Assembly (NCBI GenBank): GCA_020833055.1
Contig: JAJHQZ010000001.1
Span: 301,141 to 365,140 of the forward strand
Direction: 5' to 3'
Source: Candidatus Korarchaeum sp.
Lineage (GTDB): Archaea > Korarchaeota > Korarchaeia > Korarchaeales > Korarchaeaceae
DNA length: 64,000 nt
The notes beneath the pieces were generated by a model, which searched no databases, was not told the DNA's origin, and saw only the letters and a list, made by a program, of their open reading frames with translations. Below, one piece after another: positions 1 to 8,215 of this stretch; within the stretch, counting starts at the first letter, position 1; every line of letters starts with the position of its first letter. Both the position numbers and the translations under genes were made by a program.

Positions 1-280
1 AATGCTTGACTTCATCTATCCCCGCGAGGACGTCGAGGAGCTCCCTATAGAACGGATCTACTTCATCTATATTTGGAAAATTTTTAACAAAATTCTCTAA
101 TTTAGATGATATTATATCAGTTATTGATTGTATTCTCCCCATTTCTTTCTCTCTTATCGCTAGCATTTTATCTCTCCTCTTCTTGGGGGGCTTCCCCTTA
201 GAGAAAGCCCTCTTGAAGGAGATGTCGATTAGGTCCTCGATGGCAGGGGGCTCCACGATAGATGAGAATGGATTCCCCAA
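1..280 (-). CDS. nog1: Nog1-family GTPase, N-terminal part (runs off the left edge; not in ORF track)
   Basis: Manual translation from TTG at 280 gives LGNPFSSIVEPPAIEDLIDISFKRAFS...EMGRIQSITDIISSKLENFVKNFPNIDEVDPFYRELLDVLAGIDEVKH. This matches the Nog1 N-terminal helical domain (NPF...DELID.AF.RA...FP.l...PFY.EL). Confidence 0.85.
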   Translation of the reverse strand, partial: MGNPFSSIVEPPAIEDLIDISFKRAFSKGKPPKKRRDKMLAIREKEMGRIQSITDIISSKLENFVKNFPNIDEVDPFYRELLDVLAGIDEVKH

Positions 281-284
281 ATTA

Positions 285-1415
285 TCATCCCAAGAAGAAT
301 AAGAGAGCATTATAAATCAGTATTAAGGCGAAGGGTGCGGATATAGTCCAAGTGAGCTTCCTAGCTAATTTATCATCTATATAGGAGCTCAGGATCTCCG
401 AGAGTATGAGACCACCGTCGAGAGGTAGCATAGGCAATGAGTTTATCGCAGCGAGCCCTATACTGAATACCATTGTCAGAAGGAGAAACTCGAGTAATCG
501 AACTGAGAATCCACTGGGCATGGGAATGGAGGGATCGAAGTAGGGGATAGGTTGAACGCCCAAATAGGGAAACCTCGGATCATCAGGTCTGGAGCCGAGT
601 TTGACTCTGAAGTTACCTTTATCAGTCACTATGTACACTTCATCCCCCGGCTTAAACTTCCTCAATGCTTCTGAGAGGCTGTTGACATCCTTGACGCTGT
701 AACCATCTACAGCTCTTATCACCACGCCCTCGGGTAATAAGCCCTCGGAAGGCCCCCCCTGGAGCACCTTCTCAACGTAGACGCCAGAGGGCCTAGCTGA
801 ACTCAAGTCTAATGAGAAACCCGGGAAGATGAGTATAGTTACCAGTAAAAAAATCAAAAAGGTCATGAAATTCGAGAAGATACCTGCAGAATAGATCCCC
901 ATTTTCTTTGAGCGATCGAGTTTCCTCAGATATTCTTCATCCGGTTCAACGAAAGCCCCTAAGATGAAGAAGAGGATGAAAAATGCTATCTTTTTAACAG
1001 GGACTCCGAAACGGTAACTCATAACGGCATGTCCTAAGACCTCATGTGCTAATAGCACGACGAATATCGAGAGGAGAGAGGGTATCGTTATATCTAAGGT
1101 GAGCCCGGGTATTATTGGGACTATTTGAGCGACTTTAGGACCGAATAATGAGTCTATAGTTATCTTCACTAAGTAGATAGATGATATAATGGATAAAACT
1201 ATTGTGATAATAACCGATAGTTTGTATAATGGTCCAATGAGTCTCGATATGAGACCGATGAACTTAGATAAGAGCTTAGAGTCCGTAGATATCTCTAGAT
1301 AGAAGAAACCGACTTTGAAGTGCTTAACTCTCTTTCTCTCAAGTAAGATGCCGATCACGAATAGGATTAACCAAAAGAGGATTAGGTTCCTCATGAAAGT
1401 GGGTAAATCTGTCAT
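285..1415 (-). CDS. Site-2 protease (M50 family) intramembrane metalloprotease with PDZ domain
   Basis: Multiple TM segments, HEVLGH zinc motif, GAFVEPDEE, a PDZ-like segment (GVYVEKV...GPSEGLL...IRAVDG) and C-terminal NSLPMLPLDGG. Confidence 0.85.
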   Translation of the reverse strand: MTDLPTFMRNLILFWLILFVIGILLERKRVKHFKVGFFYLEISTDSKLLSKFIGLISRLIGPLYKLSVIITIVLSIISSIYLVKITIDSLFGPKVAQIVPIIPGLTLDITIPSLLSIFVVLLAHEVLGHAVMSYRFGVPVKKIAFFILFFILGAFVEPDEEYLRKLDRSKKMGIYSAGIFSNFMTFLIFLLVTILIFPGFSLDLSSARPSGVYVEKVLQGGPSEGLLPEGVVIRAVDGYSVKDVNSLSEALRKFKPGDEVYIVTDKGNFRVKLGSRPDDPRFPYLGVQPIPYFDPSIPMPSGFSVRLLEFLLLTMVFSIGLAAINSLPMLPLDGGLILSEILSSYIDDKLARKLTWTISAPFALILIYNALLFFLG

Positions 1416-1418
1416 GGG

Positions 1419-2522
1419 CTAGCCCCTCAATATCGCACTGAGTATCTCCGCGAGTGCGTAAACTGATGGTATATGGACATACTCATCTGGAGAATGGTGA
1501 TTCCCACCGGATGGTCCCATTATGACTGCCTTTATGTTCCCCAGTTTGTTCAAGTAATTCGCATCGGATACCGTCCAATAAACGGAGGTCTCGAGCCTCC
1601 TCCCGATAGTCCTCTCACAAACTTCCTGAACGTACTCCAAGAATTCATCGTTTTCAGGCAATTCGTAAGGTTCCATGAAGGGAGTGGGTCTCTTCATGAG
1701 GGAGATAGAGATCTTAGCTTTGAGTTCCGGGGTCTTCCTGAGGTACTCCATGAACCTCTTCCTTATCACCCCGGGATCCTGACCGGGTGGGTAGTGCCTA
1801 TCTAACCTGACTAAGCACCTATCCGGATGTGCTATTACCAGTTCAGGGGACTTTATAGTCAGAGGAGCGACACTTCCACCTATACCATCTACTTTAGGAA
1901 GCTCTATAGCCCATAGTATTATCTTAGCTGCCTCTATTATAGCATTGACACCGGCTTCCTCAGTCCCTAACGACGAGACCCCTATGACATCTACATCGAA
2001 CACGAACCTCCCGTAAGCTCCTCTGAATAACCTCATGTTCGTTGGTCCTGCAACTATTGCGCCCCTCACTTTCGGAAGCAAATTGCTCCTCAGGAGCTCA
2101 TAAGTCCCCCTGCTAAATCCCTCAGCATCGCAGACAGCGGCTAATACAACTCCTTTCCCCTCGCCCTCCGGGAGGCTCATGATAGCTTCTACCATCGCTG
2201 CCAAGGTACTCTTATCGTCATAAGCCCCGAGCCCATAGAAGATGTCACCCTCTAGCTCCCCCCACGGGTTCTTCGTCCAATCTGAATAGAGTTCGAAGGT
2301 ATCCGTGTGGGCTAAAAAGAGGATATTGTCTTCTTTCAAGTTCTTGAATGCTATCAAGTTCCCTGCGCAATCTCTAACTGGTTGATGTACAACTTTATCT
2401 ACATATTTAGCTAATAAGTCCTGGAGGTAGTATATGAGCTCCCCTTCCCTCCCTCTGAAGCTCTTTATCCCTACTAGATCGATTAAAATATTCTTCAGTC
2501 TCTCCTTGTCTATCGGGCCCAT
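1419..2522 (-). CDS. M20/ArgE/DapE-family metallohydrolase-like protein with degenerate active site
   Basis: HTDT, GLGAYDDKS, SDANYL and HHSPDEYV motifs are present. DEE is replaced by DAE and EPT by GPT. ATG 2522 follows a GTGAGGAG SD-like site; the ORF track uses GTG 2537. Confidence 0.8.
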   Translation of the reverse strand: MGPIDKERLKNILIDLVGIKSFRGREGELIYYLQDLLAKYVDKVVHQPVRDCAGNLIAFKNLKEDNILFLAHTDTFELYSDWTKNPWGELEGDIFYGLGAYDDKSTLAAMVEAIMSLPEGEGKGVVLAAVCDAEGFSRGTYELLRSNLLPKVRGAIVAGPTNMRLFRGAYGRFVFDVDVIGVSSLGTEEAGVNAIIEAAKIILWAIELPKVDGIGGSVAPLTIKSPELVIAHPDRCLVRLDRHYPPGQDPGVIRKRFMEYLRKTPELKAKISISLMKRPTPFMEPYELPENDEFLEYVQEVCERTIGRRLETSVYWTVSDANYLNKLGNIKAVIMGPSGGNHHSPDEYVHIPSVYALAEILSAILRG

Positions 2523-2533
2523 TCGAAATCTCC

Positions 2534-3130
2534 TCACGCGGTCCTAATGGGTATGAACTCCATCCTATTGCCCCTATTCGTTATAATAAGGAGATCTATT
2601 CCATCGCCCGAGAGGGCGTCCCTAGATATAGCTTCTCTCATAGCCCTCTCAGCGAGTTCAACAGCCTCCTTCTCACTCATACCTTCCTTAAAGAACCTCT
2701 CCAATATTCCCGTCGCTATCTGAGCGCCGCTCCCAACGGCTGAGAAGCTCTCCTCCATCAGGCCTCCTGCAGGATCTAGGACGAATATCTTGGGACCGCT
2801 ATTATCTATCCCCCCGACTATGAGCTCGGCATAATATATCCCGCTGAATCTCCCTTGATATAACATTATCGAGAGCAATTTCGCTACATTAGTTGGGGTA
2901 GCGATTCTCTCGCTCTCGAGCTCATACATCGTTATGTTGTATTTCAGGACATCCACTAGCTCTTGGAAATCACCGGGCAGACCAGCTGTAGATACGCCCA
3001 CTCTCTCATTTATCAGGAAGACCTTCCTAGCGGACTTACTTAAGATGAATCCATTGTAAGAGACTCTCCTATCTGCAGCTAAGACAACTCCTCCATCGAA
3101 TCTGAGCCCTAAAGCTGTCGCTAGTACCAC
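2534..3130 (-). CDS. psmB: Proteasome beta subunit, probably the non-catalytic type
   Basis: ATALGLRFDGGVVLAADRR, KV, GLPGDFQ, GSGAQ and RDALSGDG give the Ntn-hydrolase beta-subunit pattern. Ala sits at the Thr1 position. Confidence 0.9.
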   Translation of the reverse strand: MVLATALGLRFDGGVVLAADRRVSYNGFILSKSARKVFLINERVGVSTAGLPGDFQELVDVLKYNITMYELESERIATPTNVAKLLSIMLYQGRFSGIYYAELIVGGIDNSGPKIFVLDPAGGLMEESFSAVGSGAQIATGILERFFKEGMSEKEAVELAERAMREAISRDALSGDGIDLLIITNRGNRMEFIPIRTA

Positions 3131-3153
3131 CTTAACACCCCTCTTTCATATTA

Positions 3154-3228
3154 AGCCCCGGGCGGGATTCGAACCCGCGCCCTCCGCCTTACCAAGGCGG
3201 CGCTCCGACCGGGCTGAGCTACCGGGGC
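3154..3228 (-). tRNA. tRNA-Thr(GGT), no intron, CCA not encoded
   Basis: Reverse complement GCCCCGGTAGCTCAG...CCGCC-TTGGTAA-GGCGG...GGTTCGAATCCCGCCCGGGGC folds as a full cloverleaf. Confidence 0.95.
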
Positions 3229-3239
3229 CCCCACTTAGG

Positions 3240-4907
3240 TCAACTCGACTCATTTATAAAAATACTTAGATCCCTACAGGACTTGAATAGGATCGATATT
3301 GTGAATAATGTGATAACTAAAATCGAGATATACGGAAGAAGCTTCATGAAATCAAAGCTCTTCCCTATCTTAACTTCAATATTATCTCCCGGACTGAAGT
3401 AGCCAGCGTAAGCAGTCGATAGTGTAGTTATATATATGAAGGTCCCTTCTTCATCTTCAAACCAATTTGAGTATATGCTTGGCTTATCGGAATTGATAGA
3501 TGGAGGTCCTCTCTCAGGTACCCTTAAGAATATTGTAGGCGTCTCATTCAATATACTCACCCGATAAACCCCTCTCCCCTCTCTAACTCCGAAGGGGAGG
3601 TCACTAGGCCTTAACTTAATGGTAGGATCCCCTAGAAGTAGTTCGTTTGCCGCTCTGTCATCAGATATGCCTCCTGATTCCCTTATGCGTAAGTTGTTCA
3701 CTATCCTGACGGCATCCCCTAAGCTCTCCCCACTCATCAATAGCATGAGAATCAGATCCGGATAAGAAGTCCCGAACTCTGAACTGACGCTGAATTCCAC
3801 TTTTGTAGATCCAACGTATGCGAGAGCACCGGAATCTAGGAAAGAGTATGCGATGGATTCCTCTGGGTTCACTAGCTCTTCGAACTTAAGGGTATCGCAT
3901 GAGAGCGTGATGATAATAGATCCGGGGATTGCAGAGCCCCTGATAGTAGAAGCTGTGATCACAGGATGACTATCTGATTTCAATGCCATAACATAGGGGT
4001 TCCCGTGAAGCGATAGGTATATAATGCTCCTGCCCCTCAATAAGGATTTTACGAGATCTCCCGTTAAGTTAGAGTAACTGATATCGGGGTGGTAGATCTT
4101 AGAGGGGATGCCCATGAGGGAGGAGATCCACTCGACTTTCCTAGCTAGGGGGAGATCCTCTATTAGTGAGATCCCGATGAATTCCTGAGGTCTCTGGGAT
4201 GACTCACTAGCTAGGAGCATGAGGAAGGGTGTTTCTATATAGTTCCCGGTGATCAAGCCGAAGGAGGCATCTATATATGGATCTTCATCTATCTCCGTCA
4301 AAATCTCCAGTAGATGCTTGTATCTCTGATAGCTATCCTTAGTGATGGGTCTCGTTACCACGATAACGTATGAGACGTTCCTCAGGAGCGAGGGATCGAA
4401 GTTATAATCAGCATCCAAGAGAGATGCGTTCTTTAACAAAGCCGTGTAACTCGCTAGGAAGGAGTATTCGACCCCATCAGAGCTGTAGAATATTACGGAA
4501 ACGTCCCTTCCTCTCGAAAGTTTGTCCTCAAATTCGTCAGTTTGATTCACTAAAGTTAGTACGTCATGGACTGAGATATCCTCGAGGGATTCTGAGGCGT
4601 ATAGGAGCGCGTAAGCTAGCTTATGCGGATCCAACTTTTCCAAAAGCTTATCATTATATTCATCTTTAGGTATTATACTAAATGAAATATTGTAATTATA
4701 GATTACATTTTTCAACCTTTCGATATCTTTCGTTAATATAATTCTCACATTTCCCTCTTTGACATGCGGGAGCATCGGGATTAAGCTAGCTAGACTCTCA
4801 GATAATATTATGTTAGATCCTCGCTCAGATGATAACGGGATGCATTGTAGTATCATCAGTATCAGTAATATTAGGATTTGAGCTCTCAAACTCTCACTTC
4901 TCTTCAC
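3240..4907 (-). CDS. Secreted, membrane-anchored C25 (gingipain-like) cysteine peptidase-like protein
   Basis: N-terminal signal-like hydrophobic segment, DEDPYIDASFG, SLHGNP (His-Gly), LSCDT (Cys), AYVGST, LLGDP and a C-terminal TM helix. Confidence 0.6.
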   Translation of the reverse strand: MKRSESLRAQILILLILMILQCIPLSSERGSNIILSESLASLIPMLPHVKEGNVRIILTKDIERLKNVIYNYNISFSIIPKDEYNDKLLEKLDPHKLAYALLYASESLEDISVHDVLTLVNQTDEFEDKLSRGRDVSVIFYSSDGVEYSFLASYTALLKNASLLDADYNFDPSLLRNVSYVIVVTRPITKDSYQRYKHLLEILTEIDEDPYIDASFGLITGNYIETPFLMLLASESSQRPQEFIGISLIEDLPLARKVEWISSLMGIPSKIYHPDISYSNLTGDLVKSLLRGRSIIYLSLHGNPYVMALKSDSHPVITASTIRGSAIPGSIIITLSCDTLKFEELVNPEESIAYSFLDSGALAYVGSTKVEFSVSSEFGTSYPDLILMLLMSGESLGDAVRIVNNLRIRESGGISDDRAANELLLGDPTIKLRPSDLPFGVREGRGVYRVSILNETPTIFLRVPERGPPSINSDKPSIYSNWFEDEEGTFIYITTLSTAYAGYFSPGDNIEVKIGKSFDFMKLLPYISILVITLFTISILFKSCRDLSIFINESS

Positions 4908-5325
4908 ACATCTTCTTGAGCATGATTATGTAGTGCGAGTTCCCGAAACCGTACTCCCTGATTATCCCCTCTAGATCGTGAGAGATGAAACATGGACTAT
5001 TGCAAGTAGGAGTTCTCTTCACATAGAAGGCCACTATCCTCCACTCCTCATCCCCCTTCATGATCTCAGAGAGTTCTGGGAACTTCTGCTTAGATGAGAG
5101 GATCCCCCTGAGGAATGTTATCGTAAGGTCTGATATGAATTTTAATGATTTCTCCGACGAATATCCGTAAAGTTTTGCTAAATCCCTAACAGCAGAAGAG
5201 ATTACTCCCTCTAAATCCCCCGTTTCCCTCCTCATAGAGCACCTCATCATCGAGTGCCACGCACTTAAAACAGTACCTCCACTATCAATCGATAAGTTGT
5301 CAGGAGGGATTGAGCTATATCTCAT
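4894..5325 (-). CDS. Hypothetical protein (143 aa)
   Basis: ORF with host-like codon usage that overlaps the start of the downstream C25-like gene. No motif recognised. Confidence 0.5.
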   Translation of the reverse strand: MRYSSIPPDNLSIDSGGTVLSAWHSMMRCSMRRETGDLEGVISSAVRDLAKLYGYSSEKSLKFISDLTITFLRGILSSKQKFPELSEIMKGDEEWRIVAFYVKRTPTCNSPCFISHDLEGIIREYGFGNSHYIIMLKKMCEEK

Positions 5326-5326
5326 A

Positions 5327-5400
5327 TGCGGCCGCCGGGATTTGAACCCGGGTCTCCGGCTTGGAGGGCCGGCATCCTGTCCAGGCTAGACTACGGCCGC
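5327..5400 (-). tRNA. tRNA-Gly(TCC), no intron, CCA not encoded
   Basis: Reverse complement GCGGCCGTAGTCTAG...CCGGC-CCTCCAA-GCCGG...GGTTCAAATCCCGGCGGCCGCA. Confidence 0.95.
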
Positions 5401-5621
5401 CCTCTTACGTTGGAGTATCGATCTAAAAAACATTACGACTGAAGTAATCTCCAGAGGGTCTCCGAGAAGTATTATTACTGAGTTTTAGGTAAAAAATATT
5501 ATGATATCCACTAAATTAAATAAAACATTTCCTCATCTTCTCTTCTCTATAAATATTCTACAGAGAAATGTGAAATAATTATTAAAATTTTTCTGCAACT
5601 TTGATTCATCTATAAGCTTGA

Positions 5622-5636
5622 CGAAAGATTTATATA
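5622..5636 (+). promoter_or_regulatory. BRE/TATA promoter of tfb
   Basis: CGAAAG-A-TTTATATA about 33 nt upstream of the tfb ATG. Confidence 0.6.
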
Positions 5637-5669
5637 TAATACTTTCGGAATATCTTCGGCAATACGCTA

Positions 5670-6689
5670 ATGGGGTGGGTGAGTCGACTGCCTAAAGGGC
5701 TCGAGGGGCGGGATGCCCCGGATTATTCGGGTGAGGAGATCAGGTGTCCTAGATGTGGTAGTAAGAATATCGTCGAGGATCCAAATACTGGGGACTTAGT
5801 TTGCCAGAACTGCGGGTTGATACTGGATTCAAGTGCGCTGGACTTCTCTAAGGACTGGAGAGCCTTCGATTCGGATGAGTACGTTGAGAGGGCTCATGCT
5901 GGTGCTCCTGTAACTCCTCTAAGGCCTGGGTTCGGTCTAGATACCGATATAGTCCTCACTAAGGGGGCCAGTAAGAAGTCCGTGAATCTACTGAAGAGAG
6001 CTCAGAAGCATGCTGCTGACTCCAAGGAGAAGACGATAGAGCCGGCCCTTAGGAAGATAAGAGATGCAGCTGATTCCTTAGTCCTCCCGCAGGAGACTAT
6101 AGAGGATGCAGCAACCCTCTACAGGATGGCTGCTAGAGCAGGTCTCGTTAAGGGGAGGAGTATGGATGCGATGGTAGCTGCTGTCATTTACGCTGCCTGT
6201 AGGAGGACGGATGTCCCAAAGACTCTGGAGGAGATATCTAAATTCTTCGCTCTGGAGGAGAAGGAGATCGGAAGGAGCTTCAGGTTCCTCTTCAGGAAAT
6301 TGGGGATACAGATCCCCCCGCCCAAGCCTGAGAACTTCGTCTACCTGATAGCATCAAAGCTCTCGTTACCGGAGGAAGTAGCGACGCAAGCAATCAGGAT
6401 AATAAAGATAGCGAAGAGGAACGGAGCTACTATGGGGAGGGAACCAGTTGGAGTAGCGGCAGCAGCTGTATACATGGCATGTCAGGAGCTGGGACTTCAC
6501 AGGACGCAGAGGGAGTTAGCACAGGCAGCTAATGTCACGGAAGTCACAGTGAGGAACAGATATAAGGAGCTTATAGCGAGGGCTAGGAACGATTGGCTCG
6601 AGGAGATAGGAGAGGAGAAGCTGAACGAACTGAAGAGGAGAGTAGCTGAGTACATGAAAGTCTCGCAGGCCACTCAACCCGTTAAGTAA
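5670..6689 (+). CDS. tfb: Transcription initiation factor IIB (TFB)
   Basis: CPRCG...CQNCG zinc ribbon, DWRAF B-reader, and two cyclin repeats (KGRS...AAVIYAACR; GREPVGVAAAAVY...EVTVRNRYKEL). Confidence 0.97.
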   Translation: MGWVSRLPKGLEGRDAPDYSGEEIRCPRCGSKNIVEDPNTGDLVCQNCGLILDSSALDFSKDWRAFDSDEYVERAHAGAPVTPLRPGFGLDTDIVLTKGASKKSVNLLKRAQKHAADSKEKTIEPALRKIRDAADSLVLPQETIEDAATLYRMAARAGLVKGRSMDAMVAAVIYAACRRTDVPKTLEEISKFFALEEKEIGRSFRFLFRKLGIQIPPPKPENFVYLIASKLSLPEEVATQAIRIIKIAKRNGATMGREPVGVAAAAVYMACQELGLHRTQRELAQAANVTEVTVRNRYKELIARARNDWLEEIGEEKLNELKRRVAEYMKVSQATQPVK

Positions 6690-6732
6690 CGTATAAAAAG
6701 GGAGAGTTCGACTCGAGCCCGGGGGTGCCCGG

Positions 6733-6876
6733 TTGTATCAGTGCTTGAGGTGCGGCTATATCTTCACTAAGGAGGAGATGGAGGAGTACTTTAAGGATTT
6801 CAAGTGCCCTAGGTGCGGTTATAGGATACTTAGGAAAGTGAGGAAGGAGGAGCCTAAGGTGGTGAAGGCGATCTGA
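6733..6876 (+). CDS. rpo12: RNA polymerase subunit Rpo12/P (47 aa; not in ORF track)
   Basis: TTG start after a GGGGGTG SD site. Translation YQCLRCGYIF...FKCPRCGYRILRKVRKEEPKVVKAI is the two-CxxC Rpo12 pattern. Confidence 0.92.
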   Translation: MYQCLRCGYIFTKEEMEEYFKDFKCPRCGYRILRKVRKEEPKVVKAI

Positions 6877-6877
6877 A

Positions 6878-7414
6878 ATGAGTAGTGGGAAGTCTATAAA
6901 GAGAGAGATAATATCCTTAATCGCGGTACTGATATTATTCCTGCTGATATTTCAAGTGGTAATCCCGAGTATCTCAGGGGTACCTACACCGTTCACTGTA
7001 GTGACTTCAGGTTCTATGAGGCCCACTTTAGAGCCGGGGGATTTCATAATAGTAGTTGGTTGCGATCCCTATAAACTCAAGGAAGGAGATATAATAGTTT
7101 TCAAGGTCCCTTGGTCTGAGAACATGATAGTTCATAGGATAATTAAGATAGAGAGAGGGCCGGATGGACTTATCTTCTATACTAAGGGAGATAATAATCT
7201 AATAGCGGATCCAGGGTATAGGAAGCCATCAGATATATATGGGAAGGTCCTGACGGATGAGAAGGGGAATGTCCTATTCAGAGTACCATGGATAGGTTAC
7301 TTCCTCGAGGTGCTTCAGATACTCCCGGTGAAGTTAGCGTTAGCCGGCCTTATCGTAGGTTACTTGATATACGATTACTCGAAGGAGATGAGATTAAAAT
7401 CTGATGAATCTTAA
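6878..7414 (+). CDS. sec11: Signal peptidase I (Sec11/S26B)
   Basis: N-terminal TM, VVTSGSMRPTL (Ser), IVHR (His), TKGDNN and a C-terminal TM. Confidence 0.93.
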   Translation: MSSGKSIKREIISLIAVLILFLLIFQVVIPSISGVPTPFTVVTSGSMRPTLEPGDFIIVVGCDPYKLKEGDIIVFKVPWSENMIVHRIIKIERGPDGLIFYTKGDNNLIADPGYRKPSDIYGKVLTDEKGNVLFRVPWIGYFLEVLQILPVKLALAGLIVGYLIYDYSKEMRLKSDES

Positions 7415-7533
7415 GGGGACTCCTAGTCCCTGAGTGGATGCGAAAATCTCGAGGATCGCTGTTCATGAGAGCACCTATTTATATATAGTGGTGCCGCGCC
7501 TTAAATATGAACGCGGTACATTGGTGAAAAATC

Positions 7534-8169
7534 ATGTCCCTCGAAAGTGATGAGAGGGGGGATTCTTCTGAGATAGTCTCAGAGGAGGAGAGGATCCAGA
7601 GGATCCTGAAGAATATTAGGGAACCTGAGATCGCTATACAGAACGTAGTATCTTCTGCTGATATAAGGCAGAGGCTGGACCTTCATGAGATATCCAGGAG
7701 GATCAAGAAATCTAGATATGATCCAGAAAAGTTCCCTGGGCTTGTTTTAAAGATAGATGAACCAAAAGCAGCTTTATTGCTTTTCAGTAGCGGTAAGTTC
7801 GTTTGTACTGGGACGAAATCTGTCGAAGAGTCGGCTAAAGCTATAAACGCAGCTATAGAAGTGCTTCAGAAGCATGGTATAGAGGTGAAAGGGAGACCTT
7901 TGATAAAAGCGGAGAACATAGTTGCCTCAGCTAAGCTTCATGTCAAAGTGGATATAGAGAGACTCGCTCTCGAGCTCGAAAATACCCTCTATGAACCTGA
8001 GCAGTTCCCCGGTCTCATTTTCAGGATGAGAGATCCCGATGTAGTATTCCTCATATTCGCCTCAGGGAGTCTCGTTTGCACAGGGGCTAAGAAGGAATCC
8101 GATGTGAGGAGAGCTGTATATAAACTCAGGGATATCTTAGCTAGGAAGGGATATCTAGTATTCGAGTGA
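7534..8169 (+). CDS. tbp: TATA-box binding protein
   Basis: Two repeats: IQNVVSS...YDPEKFPGLV...LLFSSGKFVCTGTK and ENIVAS...YEPEQFPGLI...LIFASGSLVCTGAK. Confidence 0.97.
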   Translation: MSLESDERGDSSEIVSEEERIQRILKNIREPEIAIQNVVSSADIRQRLDLHEISRRIKKSRYDPEKFPGLVLKIDEPKAALLLFSSGKFVCTGTKSVEESAKAINAAIEVLQKHGIEVKGRPLIKAENIVASAKLHVKVDIERLALELENTLYEPEQFPGLIFRMRDPDVVFLIFASGSLVCTGAKKESDVRRAVYKLRDILARKGYLVFE

Positions 8170-8215
8170 TACCTCACATTTTTTATTTTTATAGTAGTGA
8201 GTGGGTGGGGATATC

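Noticed and set aside
3154-5400. Possible integrated island between tRNA-Thr and tRNA-Gly
   Set aside because: I saw no duplicated tRNA 3' half (att site) and no integrase, and codon usage resembles the neighbours. It is kept only as an operon-structure observation.
5401-5669. AT-rich gap as a replication origin
   Set aside because: Divergent promoters for tRNA-Gly and tfb explain it. There is only one weak ORB-like word (CTCCAGAGGG) and no cdc6/orc1 nearby.
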